A stretch of 63,387 nucleotides of DNA, counting the filler, from Ministeria vibrans ATCC 50519 (Eukaryota > Protista > Filasterea), in NCBI GenBank assembly GCA_943704425.1. It is 9 parts of 9 records of this genome, joined end to end, with 100 filler letters (N's around TTAATTAATTAA, not from the genome) between each part and the next. Parts side by side here need not be neighbours in the genome. Positions count along the whole stretch, not along the records: positions 60,702 to 61,970 come from CALSCP010001820.1; positions 62,071 to 63,387 come from CALSCP010001417.1; 7 more parts are not named here. One strand, 5' to 3'. The notes under the pieces are model-generated. The model made no database searches. It saw only the letters and a program-made list of their open reading frames with translations, and was not told the origin of the DNA. Of this stretch, positions 61,656-63,387 are shown piece by piece; the stretch's first letter is position 1; the number at the start of each line of letters is the position of its first letter. A program made the position numbers and the translations under genes.

Positions 61656-62214
61656 GTACAACATAAATTATTCTGTACACCTTTTCCTTCTCTATATCAC
61701 ATTGTTTACTCTTTCCTTCTCTATACCACATTGTTACTCTTTTTCTCTCTCTATCACTTTGTTTCTCTCTCTCTATCACTTTGTTTTTCTGTATCGCTTT
61801 GTTTCTCTCTATCACTTTGTTTTTCTCTCTCTATCACTTTGTCTCTCTGTCACTTTGTTTCTCTCTCTCTATCACTTTGTTTCTCTCTCTCTATCACTTT
61901 GTTTTTCTGTATCGCTTTGTTTCTCTCTATCACTTTGTTTTTCTCTCTCTATCACTTTGTCTCTCTGTCANNNNNNNNNNNNNNNNNNNNNNNNNNNNNN
62001 NNNNNNNNNNNNNNTTAATTAATTAANNNNNNNNNNNNNNNNNNNNNNNNNNNNNNNNNNNNNNNNNNNNAAAAAAAAAAAAAAAAAAAAACAAAAGAAC
62101 TGAAAAGCTTAGAGAGACAGGTGTGACTGGCAAGAAGAGCGTGTGAGGAGACATGCGGTCAAGGGGATGGGCGCCAGTAAGCGGGGCGAGAGGCGATGCA
62201 GCAGTGGAGAGAGA

Positions 62215-62701
62215 GGAGTGAACAAAAAAGAGCAAAAGAGTGCCCCAAGAAGAGTTTGACGGGTGAAATGAGGTGCATTGGAGCCGTTCGCTGGCCAAAA
62301 GAAGGACACCACACTCCGCAGGGTTGAATATGGCAGGGGCGAGGGCGCCGACTGCGCCGATTTCGAGATATGGCACGAGGTCATGGAATTTGTGTGTTTC
62401 GCTGGCGCACTCGTAGCTCTTCCCTCTCTCTCTCTCTCTCTCTCTCCCTCCTTACACGAAGCTTCAAGCGACAGTGCTGCACAGGTCCAAAGACGCTGAA
62501 TGCAGCGGCAATCTGTTCCTGTGTGACGCTGGCCGCCACGTTGCCGACGTACCTGGACAGCGCGAGACGAGACACACAGCAAAGTTCGGTAAGAGAGAGA
62601 AAAAAAAAAAAAACACAACAACAGAAAAAATAAATAAAAATATATATATATATATATCGAAGAGTGTCGTCGTCTTACAAGCACGTTGACGAGTCAGCCA
62701 T
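62215..62701 (-). CDS. N-terminal exons of an RRM-containing protein
   Basis: MADSSTCL / YVGNVAASVTQEQIAAAFSVFGPVQHCRL (RNP2 and helix 1). The downstream extent is uncertain. Confidence 0.55.
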
Positions 62702-62919
62702 ACTGTTTAAAGTAGTAAAGAGAAGAAGAAGGAAAATAAGTTAAAGAACTATAGAGTAAGATTTAAGTTTATTTTTAAGACGAACAATAAAAACGACTAG
62801 CGCTTCATTATAAGTTTGCCGTATCAATAATGATCATGAGCTGTATTCACACATATTTCTTTGTATGTAACAGCGAATCCTCGCTAAATATGTGTTGTGT
62901 GTGCGCTCGACAGAAGTTA

Positions 62920-63310
62920 CTAGAGTCGCAGTCTCTTCTTGCGATTGTTATCCCACACGGCGCGCAACTGATCGTGGAGCTGTTGCACAGTATTCGCATA
63001 CTCCGCACGATTGGCCAAATTGACATTTTCATACTCATCAAAATTGGTTCCTGCGTCGCCACGATGGTCATAGAGCTCACGACCGACCTGCTCAGACCAT
63101 AAAGGCTGTGCCGACAGATAGTCAAAGTGACACCAAAAGGTATAGCGCCACTGAGAAGTGCGCAGACTCAGTCCCATCGTGTTGTTTGCGCGTGGGTACT
63201 GCGACAGCGCAAACGTTGAATAGTTCTTAAGCATGGGATTTGCAAGCAACGGCGCAAGAGACACTCCTTCAAGATCAGTCGGCACACGGAATCCCGCAGA
63301 TTCAACAATT
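62920..63310 (-). CDS. Last exon of a sulfatase (iduronate-2-sulfatase-like)
   Basis: AGFRVPTDLEGVSLAPLL...ALSQYPR...MGLSLRTSQWRYTFW...ELYDH...ENVNLA. Confidence 0.85.
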
Positions 63311-63387
63311 CTACACCACACAGCACATCAACACCATACATACAGCACATCAACAACACGCATGTACACACAATAACAACAACAACA

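Overview
Eukaryotic, intron-rich (GT-AG), microsatellite-rich DNA from what looks like a heterotrophic protist; the taxon cannot be fixed from this window. The window is not one locus. It is nine contigs joined by artificial N-TTAATTAATTAA-N linkers (13336-13435, 20026-20125, 32006-32105, 42900-42999, 55843-55942, 57636-57735, 60602-60701, 61971-62070). The main candidate system is on contig 20126-32005: an intronless, head-to-head pair of an animal-type STING (26814-27773, -) and a cGAS-like receptor (cGLR/Mab-21 nucleotidyltransferase, 27932-28864, +), at most about 160 bp apart. A decayed second cGLR follows. The pair lies among LINE, hAT and P-like transposon relics, about 3 kb from a (TTAGGG)n tract, so it resembles a CBASS-like linked synthase-plus-receptor module in a eukaryotic subtelomere. 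The second highlight is a circularly permuted tRNA-Cys(GCA) gene (10801-10878, 3' half upstream of 5' half). Other genes: Miro GTPase, a claudin/LHFPL-like tetraspan protein, SMU1, a GH7-like glycoside hydrolase, a Cys-less glutaredoxin-fold protein, a class II cholesterol oxidase-like FAD enzyme, a very large EGF-repeat adhesion GPCR, a vinculin/alpha-catenin family protein, an F-box/ankyrin protein, an EGF-repeat membrane protein, GT34, RPAP2, a REJ-like protein fragment, tRNA-Tyr with intron, an M16/PqqL protease, and CH-domain, RRM and sulfatase fragments. All family calls are by motif recognition, not database search. Exon boundaries are approximate.
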